This document shows, piece by piece, positions 61,516-64,000 of a DNA stretch of 64,000 nucleotides. A program made the translations under genes and the position numbers. The notes beneath the pieces are model-generated. The model made no database searches. It was not told the origin of the DNA and worked only from the letters and a program-made list of their open reading frames with translations. This stretch comes from an uncultured Acidobacteriota bacterium (GTDB lineage Bacteria; Acidobacteriota; Blastocatellia; RBC074): the NCBI GenBank assembly GCA_963796275.1, contig CAWCKY010000006.1, forward strand, positions 1,568,001 through 1,632,000, written 5' to 3'. How positions within the stretch are numbered: position 1 is the stretch's first letter; each line of letters opens with the position of its first letter.

Positions 61516-61909
61516 TAATTGATAATTGATAATTGATAATTGATAATTGATAATTGAAAGTTGATAGTGTTAGTTAATAGTTGATAGTGTTAGTTATTGA
61601 CATTCAGTTGGTCGTTTAACGCCCATGCCGAATTGCCGGGTAGCGGCAGGGATGAGTCTAATCTGGAGTTTCAACGCCTGCACTGGCATCCATCGTCGCT
61701 AGAAGGTGTACATTTCGTGCGAAAGTTTGAGGATAAAGCGTTGAAAACGCCGGGTTACATCCATAGCGTCGCGATGTGGCGGAATCGAAGCAAACAATCT
61801 TTGTTAAACCGATTGCCTGAAGCTCAATGATAGTTGATAGTTCGTATAAACTGTGGCCACGATCTATACAAATTATCAATTATCAACTATCAATTATCCA
61901 TTATTAACT
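61516..61909. repeat. Inverted heptamer tandem-repeat arms enclosing a family B element
   Basis: Six perfect TAATTGA units (61516-61557) plus degenerate units; complementary TCAATTA/TCAACTA units at 61871-61909. Confidence 0.8.
61596..61828. mobile_element. MITE/REPIN-like element, family B, copy 2
   Basis: Homologous to 51312-51557; attgacattcag ... ctgaagctcaat. Confidence 0.72.
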
Positions 61910-61911
61910 GC

Positions 61912-62895
61912 CTACTTTTTCATGACAGACCTGTAGATACCGATCAGTCTGTCCGCAAGTACCTTCTCATCCAGCTCTTCGACCGCCTCACGGCCGTTTA
62001 TCCTCTCTCCCCTTCGCAGAACGCGTTCGAGTGAGACTGCAATAGTCTCGGGCGAATCATCCGAACATATCTCGCATCCTTGAACGCCATGCAGGCGCAT
62101 AACCACATCACCGACGATCACTGATACGACCGGCAGATTGCATGCGAGAGCCTCTTTCACTACGGTTGGCGAGCCCTCCTGAAAAGAGGTCATGACAAAT
62201 ACATCACACGCATGCATCAGGACGAGGATGTCTCTGTGCACCATCTTCCATCCAGTGATCAACCGGGCAGGTAACCTCTTATTGAGCTGATCGACGGCTC
62301 GTTTGGCGAGTCCGTATCGTTTATATGGATCATCGGGGTTCCCGACGAACAGGACCAATCGTTCATCGAGCGGGAGCCCCAACTGGCGACGCGCCTCTCC
62401 CTGCGGCATGTTCGGCAACGCATCCATATCCACGCCGGTTGGGAGCAGGTGCAGCGGGACAGATGCCGGGATGTGGGCCCGCATCTGGTCGGAGACTATG
62501 ATCACCGCATCGGCTCTTATTGAGATCAGTCGCGACAGCCACTGCAGAAGCCTGCCTCTCAGCGTCGGGCGGCCATCGTCGCCCTTGATGCCCAGAATGT
62601 CGTCTCCATGAAAAGTCACGACGAGCGGCATTTGCCTGGGCCAGGGAAGCAGGGCGCTTTGGCCGAATTGAGCATGAACCAGATCGTACCGGCTCGGGTC
62701 GATCTGCTTCCGCAGCCGGCTCCATGCCCTCACGTAGTTCATCGGATTCTGCGCACCGCGGTATGAGAAGATATCCACCTCGACGCCCGCCCGTCGCAGG
62801 AAGTTCACTTGCTGCACGAGGAAGGGAACGGCGTGTGGATATTCGGTAGTTGGCCAAGCGTTTGAAAGCATCAAAACGCGTATTTTATCATTCAT
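61912..62895 (-). CDS. GT4 glycosyltransferase
   Basis: DLVHA, VTFHG.D, GVD, VLFVG, K...L, DVFV.TS..EGSP.VVKEALAC.LPVVS..VGD. Confidence 0.93.
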   Translation of the reverse strand: MNDKIRVLMLSNAWPTTEYPHAVPFLVQQVNFLRRAGVEVDIFSYRGAQNPMNYVRAWSRLRKQIDPSRYDLVHAQFGQSALLPWPRQMPLVVTFHGDDILGIKGDDGRPTLRGRLLQWLSRLISIRADAVIIVSDQMRAHIPASVPLHLLPTGVDMDALPNMPQGEARRQLGLPLDERLVLFVGNPDDPYKRYGLAKRAVDQLNKRLPARLITGWKMVHRDILVLMHACDVFVMTSFQEGSPTVVKEALACNLPVVSVIVGDVVMRLHGVQGCEICSDDSPETIAVSLERVLRRGERINGREAVEELDEKVLADRLIGIYRSVMKK

Positions 62896-62929
62896 ATGGA
62901 CTGCTCAGTCATACCCGCCGTTAGTCCCT

Positions 62930-64000
62930 TTAAGCGTTGCCATTTTTGATTACAAACCCTCGTTGGCTAGACCTGACCCAATTACTACGTATTGAGTAAC
63001 AGCCGGCGACCAGTGCATACGCGAAGATAAGCCAGGTTTGCTTGGCTGCCTGCAGAGGTACGGTCATGTTGACCGTCAGGACGGATAAGGTAAGTGCAAA
63101 AGGTAGAATCCCATATATACCAGCGCGCGCCTTCCACCCTCCCCAAACACAGAGTCCTATACAAATGAAGAGCGGAATGCCTCCCGCTACTCCGGTTGAT
63201 GTTAGTACCTCTAGCACCAGGTTATGGCTGTGCTTGGTGTTACGTTTCTTACTTTTGCTGCCGAATTCGAAATGTTTTGTCCGATTATACAGTTCGTATT
63301 GTTGATTGCTCGGTCCCCAGCCGAGGATCGGTTTTTCATTGATCATTGCGGTCGCCGCGGGGAAGATATATTGACGGCCTGCCATATCTCCCCGCTTGAC
63401 CGATTTATTGTACCGGCTCTTCATCGGCTCGGTATTTATAACTATCCAGCCGGCAATACCTATCGCCGAGAGGACGATTATGAAGTTCCTGAGCATTTTT
63501 CCGATATTCCCACGCTTCAGAGTGAACGCGAGGATGCCAATGCCTAAGCCGAGCATCCCACCGCGTGAGCCGGTCATCACCAGGCAAACAGCGATGAGCG
63601 CCATCATTGGCCAGAAGATCAAGCGGTATCTCGGCTTATTGGTTTGCAGGCCGTAAGAAAGACCGATAAGCGTGATCAATCCCAATGCCATGTTGGCAGC
63701 GACAGTATTCGGATCTTGACCGAGAACCGTCACTCGGTCGCCTTCGGTCTCAGAATGATAGACGGTAGTTCCAATTCCCATTATCAGCAGGGAGGCCAGT
63801 ACTGTGGTGGAGATGGCGAAACTGAGAAAAGTAGTTTTGACTATCGTATCGAATCGTAACAGATTATAGCTGGCCCAGAAGAGGAATGCAGCTTGGAGCA
63901 TATTGAAAAAGAATATCGTTGCATTGGGAATATCCGTTGAGTAGAGCGCCATCAAAGCCAAATAGACGAATAGATAGATGGCGAGCCACCAAAAAGCCTT
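62930..64000 (-). CDS. O-antigen ligase/Wzy polymerase family membrane protein (5' end outside window)
   Basis: Multiple TM helices; R......DPN, TGSRGG, GR..I..., PILGWG, HSHN..LEVL...G..G. Confidence 0.88.
   Translation of the reverse strand, partial: KAFWWLAIYLFVYLALMALYSTDIPNATIFFFNMLQAAFLFWASYNLLRFDTIVKTTFLSFAISTTVLASLLIMGIGTTVYHSETEGDRVTVLGQDPNTVAANMALGLITLIGLSYGLQTNKPRYRLIFWPMMALIAVCLVMTGSRGGMLGLGIGILAFTLKRGNIGKMLRNFIIVLSAIGIAGWIVINTEPMKSRYNKSVKRGDMAGRQYIFPAATAMINEKPILGWGPSNQQYELYNRTKHFEFGSKSKKRNTKHSHNLVLEVLTSTGVAGGIPLFICIGLCVWGGWKARAGIYGILPFALTLSVLTVNMTVPLQAAKQTWLIFAYALVAGCYSIRSNWVRSSQRGFVIKNGNA

Overview
Bacterial chromosomal segment, most likely Acidobacteriota (Blastocatellia-like). 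This is inferred from two proteins with Solibacter-type TIGR03437-like C-terminal domains and from gene content. 1-13.9 kb is housekeeping: end of an OmpR-type regulator, EF-G paralog, rel, ridA, SurA/PrsA-like foldase, ABC-F ATPase, M20 peptidase, amidohydrolase-CIA30 fusion, FHA protein. 14.4-35.1 kb is the most interesting part. A short AraC regulator is followed by a tandemly duplicated ~8.5 kb cassette: 20-bp-period operator, then a secreted beta-propeller/TIGR03437-like protein, then a signal-peptide-bearing ~2000 aa RHS protein, then AT-rich candidate immunity genes. The copies have different toxin tips, patch-wise diverged propeller loops, a shared 89-aa segment after the RHS cleavage site, and two decayed relics of further copies. 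No T6SS/T7SS/T9SS hallmarks are seen. 35.3-41 kb holds lactate permease, zwf, rpiB, a DinB-family gene and a gluconolactonase. 41.2-64 kb is a minus-strand exopolysaccharide cluster with an ACP, GNATs, deacetylases, two AsnB paralogs and a large metallophosphoesterase. It ends in three intact ORFs whose catalytic motifs are all degenerate. Intergenic DNA is rich in hairpins and two MITE/REP-like families. Four single-base frameshifts look like assembly errors. No rRNA, tRNA or CRISPR array was recognised. All protein family calls are by eye, without database searches.
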